The translations under genes and the position numbers were made by a program. Below are positions 24,220 to 36,900 of a stretch of 64,000 bases of DNA, one piece after another. Under the pieces are notes generated by a model. The model saw only the letters and a program-made list of their open reading frames with translations. It was not told the DNA's origin and searched no databases. The DNA is from Pocillopora damicornis (lineage: Eukaryota): positions 62,001-126,000 of the forward strand of contig NW_020844867.1 in assembly GCF_003704095.1 (NCBI RefSeq), read 5' to 3'. Position 1 is the first letter of the stretch, and each line of letters starts with the position of its first letter.

Positions 24220-24323
24220 GAACCAAGTTCTGGATATTTGTCATGTCCAAGTCCACGCATTTCTTTACAAAGGGACTTATAGCAACTGCAGCCTCAAAAT
24301 TGAAAACGTTACATCAAGTTTAG
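24220..24323 (+). pseudogene. Vestigial TM exon of paralog 2 (now 3' UTR)
   Basis: Acceptor ttgcttgcag, then phase-1 reading GTKFWIFV..., similar to the paralog-1 TM exon start GGTKNWLLPV. Hydrophobic helix lost, TAG after 34 codons; AATAAA at 24612. Confidence 0.55.
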
Positions 24324-26198
24324 AGTAGTTCAGTTATATTGCCGTGATTTTTTATGAGGATAACTTCCCTATCAATATATGATGTATGATTAGGCAATTT
24401 GATGTTGCTTGTTTGAAGCTATCTGAGTTTCCACTTCCCATTATAGCATTTCAGTGTTTGAGCGATGTCATACCGTTGCTTAGAGTTAAGTGTATGAACA
24501 CGGCTTTGAAACAAAATGAAAAAATTTGCAGACAGCATTTCAAAATACCTGTAAAACTGAGTCTTCGAAAGCGATAAAGATGCTAAAAATGAAATATTAC
24601 CAATACTTTACAATAAAATACTTGCTTGATTCACCTTTTACGATGACCCATGTCGACTCTACACTGTTCATTTATTCTGCATCTATTTTACGGACATAAT
24701 GAATAGCTCAGTAAACACCGAAAAAAAACAGCAGAAACATAACTAATTCATATTATTGAATTTTCAACTTAGCGGAAATTGCATTTTTATTAATCGGATT
24801 GCTTCCCTACGCTGCGGTTATCAGCTCACGTACCAGGTCACCAAAAATAGAAAATTATTCACTCAAGTGTTGCGACTGAAGCTGACTTTACTTTTGGCCG
24901 CGAGCAAACACTTCTCCCGTGCACTGGAAATAAAGTAAAACAAACTTTAGTCAATGTTATCTTGATAACAGAAGTAGAAGCCACATGAAAAAAAAAAAAA
25001 AAGCCAGATGAAATTGTTTTGGGAAGAGCTTTGGAACGAATCAAGAAGTTAATGTTGGAAGCAAGTGGCAAGAACTTGACCACAGACCTGGATATCGTTT
25101 CTCGGCTGCAAGAGTCGTTTCGTGAAATAGTAAAGGCACATCCCGATGAAGGAAATAACTTTACTGAGAATCTGTTGCACCATTTGATTATCGAAACTAG
25201 CTTCTTTCTTTAATGGCGAGGCTAAGAAAATAAAGCAGTCAGAAGTTCCCATCTTCGTCATCCTTTTGTTTACTACTTACTGTGGTTGTTTACCAGAAAT
25301 AGAAAAAAAAAAAAGGCTCAGGTGTCGTTGGCCTATGTGCGTTCTTGGCTCCCCGTGAAAAGAAGTGTAAATTTAATTTCATTGGCAAATCCATGCCATC
25401 AATTAAATTTTCCTTCCATTAAGTAATGCGTCTAACTAACTACTTACAGATCGAAGAAGCCCACACAAAAAGTTTCTTTGTGTAGGAGAGTTATGTGCTG
25501 TCGTTGGAGATTGGGAACAGAGACCTTACCATATGACAACGGTAACGGGGCCGTCGTTTGCTGTCGGCGTTTCCTCCAAAATTTTACATTACATTATTGA
25601 TGAGGTCGAGGTAGAGGTAACCCTTACCGAGACCTTGATTATTCTGGATATTACAGAAACTAAATCTAAAAATTGCTTTTTTCATACATTGAAGGAAAAA
25701 AAATGGTTACGACCGTAAGTGGAACTGATAATTTATTTCTAAACTTGTAAAAATATACTAGTCAGCAGCACATAATCCGATTTACAAAAAAGTCTAAGCG
25801 TGAGAAAAATTGAATAAAAGCTGGTTGAGGAGGTAAATAGCAATAAATAAGTTTAACTGAAGAAAACATTACAATTGTAGAGAGCGAAATTCAACTAATT
25901 TTTCAATGTCTTGCTCGTTCAAAGAAGCAAATGGTCATGTATTTGCTTCCTCACTGACGGCAAGCATCACCCTTAGAAATCATGCACCGCAGTCCTACGT
26001 GACACGATTAGCCTTGACCTTGAGTGACCTTGATATGATGATTATCTTATCTGCAGCTAGATGACGTCCCAGGCTCTAATTTAGAAAATTTCCTTTTGGC
26101 TTTCGGCCAATCTGAAAAGAGATAATGAGTTAATTATATAATAATCCAGCTAACCAGCGCCTGCGTGACAAGAATCCTGTCACGCGGTAATATCATTG

Positions 26199-27388
26199 GG
26201 GAGTTACTACATCACAGGCGACGAGCAGGGGATGAGGAAATGACCGAAATACGAGTGGTAAGCGGGGAAACCAATTTAATACTTCATATAGAGACATATC
26301 AGTTGTAGTTGCAGAAAACGATAGTGTTGTAAAGCCGAAATGTTAACAGTATACTTCGCTAAATAAAATGTTACGCAATTTTTCAAAAGTGTTGATGGCA
26401 CATATATCTTTCACTGCTGTAATAAACAATAGAGGCATCGGTGGCATCCGGAAAGGCACCAAGAAGAATTATATTTACGTTTTGTAACTTGCAAAAAACA
26501 ATCGTATTGTAAAAAAGCCAAAATGTTACCAGGTTAATCACAGTCGGTTTGCTTTTCACTTGAATTTTGCAATCTCGACTTTCGATTCCGGAAAAATGAA
26601 AAGCTAAGCAACTCTAAAAAAATTTCGTGGTAGATTTTTATATTTTTAGAGTCATTAATAAGTTTGTTTCCACAGCCTTTAGATAAGAAATTTTANNNNN
26701 NNNNNNNNNNNNNNNNNNNNNNNNNNNNNNNNNNNNNNNNNNNNNNNNNNNNNNNNNNNNNNNNNNNNNNNNNNNNNNNNNNNNNNNNNNNNNNNAACTG
26801 GTGAGCAGCACTCTACGAACGGTAGTTGTAAAATTTCTTTATTCTCCGATGCGTTTCTTTTAACTGTCGTAAACTTCACAATTTAACACTAAACACGTGT
26901 ATTTGTAGGCCATAGTTATAGTTAGTGGCTATACGGAAGCCAATGACTATAAAGGCTTGGCCGGACCTACGAATAGGAACAGGTGAAGTTGCGGAAAATT
27001 TGAAAATTTTTTGGGGCAAGGTGGGAGAATTCATTTGGGGACCACGGTTTTGGTTTTCTTTTTTCTTCTCTCAGCAAGTAGTTACAAAACGTAAATATAA
27101 TTCTTCTTGGTGCCTTTCCGGATGCCACCAATGCCTTTTCCGATGCCTCTATTGTTTATTACAGTAGTAAAAGATATAATATTATTTGCCATCAACACTT
27201 TTGAAAAATTGCTTAACATTTTATTTAGCGAAGTATACTGTTGATATTTAGGCTTTACAACACTATTGTTTTCCGCAACTATAATTGATATGTCTCTATA
27301 TGACGTATTAAATTTGTTTCCCCGCTGACCACTCGTATTTCGGTCTTTTCTTTATCCCTCACTCGTCGCCCGTGAAGTAGTAACTCCC
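26199..27388. mobile_element. Mutator/MULE-like non-autonomous element with ~290-bp TIRs
   Basis: 26199-26492 is the reverse complement of ~27073-27388 (gggagttactac...gtagtaactccc). Flanks atatcattg / atatcatgc form an imperfect 9-bp TSD. The interior contains a gap. Confidence 0.75.
26696..26795. other. Assembly gap (100 N)
   Basis: Run of N. Confidence 1.
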
Positions 27389-27599
27389 ATATCATGCCGC
27401 CGGCAAGCGATTAGCGGAGCGTGACCTCTGGGGACGAGATTATAAAACAATCAAACACCATGGATACCATTTGTATGGCGAGTAATCGAGACGAACACGT
27501 CTCCAGGTTGAGTCAAAAATTCAAAGGAAAAGCTGCGTGAATGTAAGTAATACTACTTTGTGTACGGCTCAATGCCACCTTTTCCTTACTAGCGCGCTT

Positions 27600-27870
27600 A
27601 ACAGTAGATGTAGGTAATCAAAGGTTAAGTTTCTTAAGAAATTGTACTGCAGCGTCGGTGGTGTTGTATAACAAGATGATTTGTTTGTGTCAACTGAGTT
27701 AAGAATGTGAATTTGCCACCGTAAAGAGTTTCAAAGCTTTCAGAGCGTTAGTCCTTCGCCAGAGCGAACCACTCTAAGGGACAACGCTCGAAACATCAAC
27801 TGTGTAACTCTTTACGGTTGCCAATTTATTTACATTATCAACTTTGTTGATAAAACCAAATTATCTTGTT
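27600..27870. repeat. Palindromic Penelope-related repeat with decayed hammerhead-like motifs on both strands
   Basis: ccaccgtaaagagttt...gagcgttagtccttcgccagagcg mirrored by aagggacaacgctcgaaac...aactctttacggttgcc. Tail acattatcaact..gttgataa.accaaattatcttgt is shared with 42265-42420. Confidence 0.55.
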
Positions 27871-29104
27871 AAGGTAAACAGATGATTTCGAATGCAATTT
27901 GGGATAAAATCAGCACAATTAAATTCTTTAAGAGCGACCCAAATTGCACAAGCCCTCTGTGCGAGTGTAACTTTTTGTTCTAAAAAATTTAGTAGTGCTG
28001 ATTTATTCCAAACAACACGAGAAAAATTGATGTGATTACTTTTAAATAACATACATGCAAAAATCTGTCTCTGTTTTCCTCTTAGCCGTGTTTATGGTTC
28101 ATTGGTGCTGCCGAGTAGAGTTGTTGCCGAAATCGACGTCGAATTCCCGCAAGAATTCGCTTCGAGCTTTTAACTTTCTGTCGCGAATAATTGTGTGTTT
28201 GCACTCTTTCGCGGTAAGAATTCGCTTGATAGCAGTAACCAGTTCACGAAGACTGTTACGCTCGTAATTAATCTCCATCTTTCAGGTGTACGGACTGTTG
28301 CGTAAACGCCGAGAGGATTTTGTTCAGCGCGCTTCATACGTCTTAATACTTTCGACGTAGTCGTTTTTGGAAACCAAAAACTTCCCGACTGTTAGCTGAT
28401 GCTTCGTGCTTAGCTGGGTGTTTTTTTTTGGATTAAAACGTTGTTACTTTCTCCTAACCTGTCCTTCGCGACTCTTCTGTCAATCAATTTAATTTCAGGT
28501 TTCTGCACTCAATTTCAACTTTTAGCGCTGTTTGTGATTAATTGCCGTGTTCTCATCAAATGAGAAAGCTAAAATTTTTGCGTGCACATGATCTAACAAT
28601 TATTCACCGAAGGCGAAGTGAATATTATTGAATAATCCCCTAGACGAATAGTCCCCCCGGGATTTTAGAGCCTGAGGTGAACAATTGTCTTTGTATAATT
28701 GCTCAGGTGCTTTCGAATTCTGATGTAAATTCTGTACATGTAAAAAGCATTGCGCATATTTTGTTACAATTCTGATGATTACTCGTATCAAGATACTGCA
28801 AGCAGTTTTAACAGGTTTTATATAATTTAGTCAGCAGAAGCTTCACGTCTTTAATTGAAAAATGGTCCGCCAAACTCAGTAGCATCTTTTGTGCTCTGCG
28901 AAATTGAATTTACTGTCATAGCGTTTATCGCCGCCTCGGATACGTTGACAAAACGCAAGGCAGCCATTTGTAAATTTAGCGCTACTGTTATATTTACCGT
29001 ACACGAGGTGATTTTCATTGTAAGACTTTGAGTTTTCTTCCCCCGCAGCTGTGAAAGCGCTCGGCGTATTGATTCCACTTCATCTCCTCTAGAGGCCAAA
29101 TCAT

Positions 29105-32100
29105 ATGGGCTCCTGTCGTTCAAAAATGGCTACGGATCAACAGGCTTCAGGTCCAAACACAGAGGAACAGAATGCCAACACGGCTCCAGGACCTCAAAAG
29201 AAGGTACAGAAAAAATAAAATTAGTAGAACAGCTATGCCGGTACACTTGATGGAATAGATTTAATGGTAAAGGATGATTGCTTCAGTCAATTATACAAGA
29301 GTAACCTTATTACTGACTCAAAAGTTCTTCTTCGAGGCTGGGTTGTTCGAATCCAACGCAAGAGAGGATTTTCTTTTGCCCAGGGTTTATGTTTACTTGA
29401 TTTGTAGAAATATTCACGAATTATTCAAAGAGAAAACAGTAATGAAGAAGTCCTCGATTTTATCTCGGCACTTGTGTCTTGCTGATGTCGAACCTGTGGC
29501 GGCTTCGTTTTCATTACGCGTTACAAAATTTTTCTAAGCAGTGTTGTGTTTGTTAGAACGAGCCAGTTGTTAAAGATTCTTGCTAATAAATTTGCTGTTT
29601 ACTGTAGCGGTGTGGAAATGTGATCGATGAACTTAAGATTGAGGTCCGTAGATTAGGTTGCAGAGCGACTTAATCTCTTATCTGTTGAGGAAAAGGGAGA
29701 TTTTTTTATAGCTCAGTGCTTTAGGTGGTAGATTCTATCTTACGATTGGTGTCAACAGCTGAATTGATCTTTCCCGCGAAACTAGGCGAGCGGAATCATT
29801 TCGTTGAGTTCCTGAGTAATTTCTTAGTCAGTTGTGATTCGGTAATCTTGCCTTTCCTTCTCCATGTAAGGTTATCAACAGGTCATATATTTTTTTAGTT
29901 GCTTTCGGTCCAATTCTCCTGTTCCGGTCATTTTGCCAAGAGTAAATTGATATTACGTTGATTACGCCAATGGAATGTTTTAGTGTTTCTTATGGTGTGT
30001 ATAGTTGTGTATAAACTCGACGTTGAAAATACCAACTCGACATATCAGTGAGAGTGATATGTTTAGATACCGTTTCCACCTCCATTGGCTATGAAATCAG
30101 CATTAAAAATACCTTGACATTTCTTTAGCATTATGGTGCAAAGATCACAGTTGCAATTCATCGCTTTAACCGCGGGACCAATAATATTCGTGAACTGTTT
30201 AGGCAACCAGTCCTCCTTGAAAAAGATACTCCTACGTATACTGAAACAGTAATAATCGCCGCACTTTGTAATAAAATTGTCAGACTTGGGAGATCACTAG
30301 TGCTGTCACTATTGCAACAGCTTTTTTACTACAAAGTGCGATGGTCTGCTATAACAAAATGCGATAGCTTTTGCTATTACAAAGTACGACAGTAAATGTT
30401 AATCAATGTTCATACAACAAGGTCGAAAGCGGATGAGGAAAACGATGCTTTGAACGAGCCGGATTGGCGGAAAACCAACACCTTTCGAATTCGAGAAATT
30501 AACATGTCATTCCGCGTTGTTGAGATTTTCAGACTATGAAAATTGAATTATTCAGTGCGTCATTCATAAGTATTACCGGGTTCTTACTGCACACTTTAAG
30601 TTAATCGTTTGTCTCACATGTCAACACATTTATAGGGTGATCCGTCCGTGATCGATGCCTAGGATGGTAATATTTATTTCGAGACAACTGACGATTTCTA
30701 TATGGTATAGTTCTTTCTTAGTCTAAGAGGGTCAATTTAGTAGATTTAGTTAGTTAAACATATTGAAGTTTTGCAGTGACATTGGCTAAGATGTGTATGT
30801 GTAAGTTCGTCTAAGTTACAATCTACTGATAAGGCCCCGTGAAAACTGAAGCAACCGACCCAAACATCGTTAGTAAACTATAACTGAAAAATAAACTGAA
30901 AAAAAAAAACCTTTTACCAAAACCAATAAATAGAACATACACGATAATAACTTCGTTATCTTGATTTAATCGTTTCTGGTTTCGTTTTATTTATTATAGA
31001 TAAAATTCAAATATTTTCGTTACGGTAATTACTAGATTTCTCGTTATCTTTTCGGACACATGCACCAAGGCTTTTCATGTCTGTTTTCTCTCCATTAGTC
31101 CTGAACTCTTTCACAATTCCTGCCGATGATTTTTTTGTAAGCTTCTGCAAGTGTCTACTTTCACATTAGGCGAAAGTCCTCGGCAAGCATCAGTCAAAGG
31201 ACCTGTTGAATTGACAGAGATGTTATTTTTGTTACGTGCGTGACGTCAAGTCACGTTATCGCAACGTCTGTTTTCCTCAAAAAGTGTATCTTTCTCTTAC
31301 TATTCCTGTGGCTGACTGTTCACAAATGTTTTTCTCAATTGAATAATCAATAGACATTTTGGCCAAAACACCGGTGTTTGTGAGTGCCTCTGTGGTGGAC
31401 ATTTAATTAAAACTGGGCACATTTAATAAGCTTACCACCATATTTGGTGTTAAAGATTGGACAGATTTTAAAATATATTCCATATAATTACTATCGCATC
31501 AGTTTCCTTCATCTAGTCAGACATCGCGAGGCATTCAGAGATCTGTTGCGAAATATCTGCCCAACAATGGCTTCAAATCCACAAAATAAGGTAGCAAAGT
31601 AACACTAACTTAAGTTTTGACATTTGTCTCACAAAAGAAAGCTACAAGTCGGTTTTTCGGTTTGCCGCCTAAGTAACAGCTCAAGTCCTAATTTCCTCAT
31701 CTAGTCGAATAGGGAAGTTTTTCACAAATCTAAAGCAATGGATTGTACCTGTTTCATATTTGGTCATTTTGCAATTGTTTTTGAAAAGTTAATATACGTT
31801 TATTTTATTCGAAATTTTAGTAGAACTCACCAACTTTTGGTTACAAATAGCGAGGGAGTTAATTTGTTTTGTTTTGTTTTTAACTGAATGCAAATCTACG
31901 TTGTCACGACATTATTCAGGGAATGCCATGAAAAGCGTTCGATGCGGAATTGCTGGGTAGTTTACATGGCCAAGTAATTTTCTCTTCCTGCCCAAGGAAT
32001 CCATTTATATAGCCTTGTGCCTTTCATGCCTCGCTATAGACCTCGGTGTCTCTTCGATTCAGTGGATAAAAATATGATTATGGCCTGACGTGATCGATCA

Positions 32101-33962
32101 ATTTTGCATGGGTGCCTCCAGATTAAAAAATCTAGAAAATTTTTTAGCGATTTATTTTGCTAGTTCCTATCTTTTGAGGTCCTCATGAGTGGTAATCGGT
32201 ACAACAAAATGTATTAGTTATTTTGGTAAACAGAGACGCTCGGTTTCATTTCTTATCATCTTTGTGATCACTAGAATCAGACTGTTTGAAGGTTCAATGA
32301 TCCGTAACATATGGGGATCATGCGTATTTAAGTGTTTAAAAACTGTCTGCCTTAGCGATCGGAGTCATTGAATCAGAGCAGCAGGAGATGCCTCATCGAA
32401 AATATCTCAGCCCATTTTTTTTCGTAAATCACACAGTCCACAATTATTACAGCAAAGAGTCCACATTTTTGCAGAATGCAACTTTCGTAGTGAAAATCAC
32501 AAATATGGGAATTTGTGTATTTTGCTATTTAAATCTCCCCGATGGGTAACTACGCTACTCCACAATTCAAGCATAAACATAATTTTATGGAATCCAGGAA
32601 TACATTCGGCTTAAATATGTATCCCATATCAACGTATGGTTAAAAACGTCCTAAACAAGAAAAAAATGCAATCAAATCACTTTGAAATTATCTCCTGCTT
32701 CCCGTTGGGTGCATCCGTTCCTTAAAAATTGCAGAGCGAAATGTCTTAATGCATGTTGCATTAGCAATTAATTATAAAAATTCTTAAAAGATACAATATA
32801 TGTTTTACAGGATGGCAGTCAAACTATCGTCCAAGATAAGACCATGAAACTGGGAGACGACATTAACCTGGCTGAACAAAATGATGTCAAGCTTGATCCA
32901 AATCTCGAAAAAAACGAATACCCTGATTTATCTGGAGCGCACTCACTGATGGCTAAATACCTCACGAGGGAGATTTTCGAGAAGCTGAAGGACAAAAAGA
33001 CTTCCACTGGTTTTACCATCGCTCGAGCTGTGAACACCGGAGTGTTAAACAAGGAGAAGTCATTGACTGGTTGCCATGCCGGAGATGTTGATTCTTACAC
33101 CATATTTGGAGAGTTCTTCGATCCCCTCATTGAGGAGTATCACCGCGGGTTCAAGCCTTCCGACAATCACGTGACTGATATGGACCACACTCATCTGAAA
33201 GGCAACATCACCGACCCATCCAAGATCATATCCACAAGAATCAGGGTGGCAAGAAATATTTCTGGCTTCAATCTGGCTCCTGGACAGAATTCCAAAGAGG
33301 AAAAGCTGCAAATAGAAGCTTTGATGCTGCAAGTGTTTGCCGAGCTGAAAGATGATTTGGCCGGGCATTATTACTCACTGGTCAAAATTAGCGAGGAGGA
33401 GAGACAGGAACTTGTCAGGGAGCACTTGTTATTCAAGGGCAATGACAAGATGCAAGCTGACAGCGGATACCATCGATGGTGGCCACATGGACGTGGAATC
33501 TACCTGAATCATAAGAAGACCTTCGCTGTTTGGCTGAATGAGGGGGACCATATCCGTGTCATTTCCATTCAGCAAGGTGGTGACGTGTCCTCTGTATTTA
33601 CAACACTAGTCAAAGGGGTAAATACAATCGAAAATCTCCTCATGAAGTTAGACAACAGGAGCTTTCAAACAACAGATCACCTTGGCATGATCACATGCTG
33701 CCCAACAAATCTCGGAACTGGTCTGAGAGGCGGAGTGTTAATTCAACTACAGAAAGTTGTGGAGAAGATGGGTGAAGAGGGCCTGAAGAAATGGTCTCAT
33801 GAAAACCATCTTCAGGTGAGAGGTCTGTACGGAGAGCACTCCGACACCACAAGTGCTATCTATGACATCTCCAACAAGTACAGGCTTGGCTACTCAGAGG
33901 TCCAGCTCGTTCAGTTTGTGATTGATGGTGTCAACCAGCTGATAGAAATGGAATATCATTAA
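29105..33962 (+). CDS. Phosphagen kinase (arginine kinase-like), isoform A with N-terminal MGSCRSK exon
   Basis: Exon 1a 29105-29203 (33 codons, donor aag|gtacag, phase 0) spliced to the acceptor tttacag|32811; exon 32811-33962 has ATP:guanido phosphotransferase motifs STRIRVARN, WPHGRGI, NEGDH, CPTNLGT, RGLYGEHS, DISNKYRLG. 416 aa. Catalytic exon is certain; first-exon choice is inferred. Confidence 0.85.
31567..31590 (+). CDS. Alternative first coding exon 1b of the phosphagen kinase (MASNPQNK)
   Basis: acaATGG start context, 8 codons, donor aag|gtagca, phase 0, in frame with the 32811 acceptor (391-aa isoform). Confidence 0.5.
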
Positions 33963-36900
33963 GCTGTGAACTTGTCCTCCTTTCAACTACTTTGATTAAG
34001 TTTATTAAGAGTGTGGTGCTAGCAAAATGAACCAGAACTGTTAGGAGAGATTTGTTTCACTGGAGTGTTAGAAAACCATTTGTTGTTTTCCTAAGAATTA
34101 TAAGGCTGACAAGAACGGAGTTTTGGATCAATTCATAATTTTGTCATTGCAAGGTTCCATGATGTTTCTGAGATATTTGTAGGCCCTTGGGCTTTCCAAC
34201 AATTGTCCTGATTTTCATTCTGGTGCCTTGGTAATTGTGTGGTATTAGGTCAGGCCAACGTGTGTATACTGTGTGTTACGTTACTTATGTCAGTCATTTG
34301 ATGTAGGGTAAACAATCGCGTGTTACTAAAATAAATGCGTAATCTTGCAATTTTCACTGCACGACCATTTAGTCCGCCACTCGTGAACACGTAGAAGAAA
34401 TTAAAAACTATGAAATAGCCGCCAACAACTTCACAATTTATCGGTTCATCGGTAAAATCGAGAGAGACCTTAGACCTTTCGGCTTTTCCGTGTAAATTTT
34501 GTCTCCAAACTCCCCTAGGGGAGGGTAAGACTTTGGCCCATGTGTATATTTGATAGAGTACAACGTTTGTGGGCCTTTTCATCGTATTTATGAACCAGTC
34601 TTAAGATCGCAAAATGACTCAAAGAGCCTCACTTATATAGAAAATTGATTCGGAATGGTTTCTGCTTTGGCAAGGATATATCCCTCTCTCCCCTTCAAAG
34701 GTACTAGTCACTACCCTAAACCTCTCTGATCCCGAAAAGGGTGAGGAAAGAAAAGTACGGGTTGAGAACAGGTCGGGGTCGACATGTTTTCAATTGGCTT
34801 ATGCTAAGCTGCAACGTATGCTAGTTTGCTCAGTCAGCTGAAAAGTTTTCGTTATATGCCATAACGAGATTATAGGTAATGAGTTAAAGACGTGAGTAGA
34901 CAAAACTAACCTCTTAGTCGGTGACTAACGACCTTTGGAAGAGCCAAGTCATATGGACAATAAGTAAGCCGAGAAACAGGTGAACTTTGACGTTGATTGA
35001 AGAAGCTTTAATGTTCGGTGTCGATTGTTGTTTGGTAAAATACGTGTGATTTCGCTAATGTTATTGTCATTTAAAATAGGTTAGAGTGAAAACAAAACAT
35101 TCCTTAACTGTTTTCTTAGGCTGCAAATTAATGTACACAATTAAGTTTTACGAGGCAGTTACCTAAAATATCTTGTTGAAGCTTTTTTTTTTCACTGAAC
35201 TCCTGGATCTCTCCAAAGTAAAACACTAAATTTGACAACCAAATTGAGACTTCGATTCACACGATGTTACCATCAGGCTTTAAAAGCCTTAGAAATAACA
35301 TGGTACAATCTTGAAGATATATCGTTTTAGTTTACTTATCAAACAATTAAAATAAACAAATTAAACAGTAGAACAGACATTGAAGTAAAGAAGACTGACG
35401 TACACAAAAACTATAACTTTGGCAGGAGCACTCTCAAATTCTTTAGAAATTCCTTGCAGTGTTTCTGTTCTCAGCTCAGGTGTAACGAGGAACTGCATCA
35501 TTGCAGGTCAGTAAAGGTCTTAAAACCTTCTGTGAATTTAAAGGCGAATCGTAAACCATGGTTGGTATAAAATCTGAAGCTCAGGTATCCGCAGCGTCGA
35601 GAATTTAACTTGTAAACAATAATCCCGGATAGCTTTGTGCTTTGTGGCTTTAAACTCTTCATCAAAACACCAGCATTTTTCACTCTCGTCAGAGGTTAAT
35701 GCGAAAACCAGACGTTTTTAATACAATTTGTTTTGTGAGCTTTGCCCATTTTTGTTCATTTTCTAACCGTCTTTTTCCAATTAATGAAATGATTTATTCT
35801 AAGCTGCATTCTTAATTACCATCCTCATAATTAAGCTGACAAACTTTGTACCTTGTGAAATTCCGCGCGGCTAAAACGAGATAGCTTCAGTTTATAAATC
35901 AATTCAGGCCGGGATGTGTTGACGAGACATTTTTTCCTGGTGGGACATCAAAACATTACTCGACATAAGATATTTCATCATGCAGCTGATAAGTGATTAT
36001 GGTTATCCTCTAAGGTTTTGTGGTTGAAGTCCTCAACAAATCCTTGACAAACTCTCGAAGACATCGCGCTTACGAAGAAGCAGTACATTTGAGGTAAGTT
36101 GTGTAAACATATCCTGGCAGAGGAAGGAACTTATTGTTGAAAACCCAAGGAGAGTAACATTTATTGAGTTAAAGGTCATTCATGTCTCGAAGATTGACTA
36201 ACTTCTTGGGGGTAATGCGCCTCAAGCGCTGTTGGCGAAGGACTGCGCAGATCCACTGTTTATCTCAGTTAGGTTTCTAAATTGCCCTCAGCATCGGTGA
36301 AAATTCAACAACAGGGCAGTTTGAAACTTTTTAAAGAGTTCTGAAGTTCTTAAGCTAATGACAAATCGGAAAAAAAAACTTGCATCGTTTCCTGAAGCTT
36401 CGGTACTAAATAATCACTGATCAACACAGGATGTGCAATAACTGATTGTAGCAGTTTCTTGTCACAACTTTTTGAAGTAATCTCGGTAAAAGCCGATTCT
36501 GCTTGCATAAGTATACAGCTAAAGATGGTGAATGCAAATATCAAAATTTAACCGAGTTTACTGTCGCTCGACTATTGATTTGATAGAAAGCTTAGGAGTT
36601 GATAAGTAAGAGTGAAAATGCTTGTGGCCATCAAGAAGCTACGGGCTCTTGCCAAAGTAGCCGAAACTGTTCGATGACGCTCGAAAATTTGCAATACAGG
36701 CCGGGCCTAGCCGGTGTGTTTTTCTGTCGTCTATTCTTAACTATCCTTGTTCAGTTCTCTTTAGAATTTCCTACATCGGGGACGAAAATTTTATTCAGAT
36801 GTTTCCTTTATTTGAAGTTACTTTTGATTTCCACTTGCAAAAAGTGATTCAAAACAACACTTTTGAGGTCCTGTTTGGTGTCATGACATTGTACACTATT

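Noticed and set aside
25019-25213. 64-aa helical-looking ORF downstream of paralog 2, checked as a possible TIR remnant
   Set aside because: No TIR box motifs, non-ATG start, flanked by poly-A runs and repeats; origin unknown.
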